DNA of 64,000 nt from Neoconidiobolus thromboides FSU 785 (lineage: Eukaryota > Fungi > Entomophthoromycota): the NCBI GenBank assembly GCA_025603075.1, contig MU626374.1:2371-66370 (forward strand), in the 5' to 3' direction. Below the pieces are notes generated by a model, which was not told the DNA's origin, did no database searches, and was given only the letters and a program-made list of their open reading frames with translations. Below are positions 63,866-64,000 of this stretch, piece after piece. Both the position numbers and the translations under genes were made by a program. Positions within the stretch are counted from its first letter, which is position 1. Each line of letters opens with the position of its first letter.

Positions 63866-63900
63866 TTGAAATTTCAAGCACTGAATTTTGAAAAGCGCGT
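63866..63900 (-). promoter_or_regulatory. Putative histone H3 promoter module: ACGCG core plus TTGAAATTTCAA palindrome
   Basis: Minus strand reads aaACGCGcttttcaaaattcagtgcTTGAAATTTCAA, mirroring 53681-53712. Confidence 0.5.
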
Positions 63901-64000
63901 TTCCCGTTTGGAGAAGTTTAATTGGCTCTTGAAATTTTATTGCTTGATGTGAGAGGTTTTGGCTCTTGGATAAATTTCCTCTTGAAAATTTGATTTATAT

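Overview
This is a very AT-rich eukaryotic window with short (~40-60 nt) GT-AG introns. It reads as an early-diverging fungus; a Conidiobolus-like entomophthoralean is my inference from composition and gene content. Housekeeping genes: TAF6 head-to-head with TFIIE-beta, beta-carbonic anhydrase, GMPPA, TSR3, Yra1/ALYREF, NOT1, a UCH-L3-type deubiquitinase, a Zn2Cys6 factor, and two histone H3 genes (409/411 nt identical, inverted). Accessory genes: two secreted CHAP-domain cysteine hydrolases and a secreted 3D (MltA-like) protein, all resembling bacterial peptidoglycan hydrolases, with two of them flanking the betaine-lipid synthase BTA1; a divergent pair of Kelch-like single-pass receptors; three DUF4203-like multipass proteins; two orphan ORFs; and an S41-peptidase pseudogene. 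Intergenic DNA holds at least 10 copies of a ~98-bp MITE with GRG..CYC ends and 4-bp AWWT target duplications (Sola-like), a ~630-bp element with ~158-bp inverted repeats, and decayed Tc1-like relics. The best candidate for an undescribed system is the horizontally acquired, intron-domesticated, secreted antibacterial cell-wall-lysis kit (CHAP x2 + 3D). All family calls come from motif recognition by eye; no searches were run.
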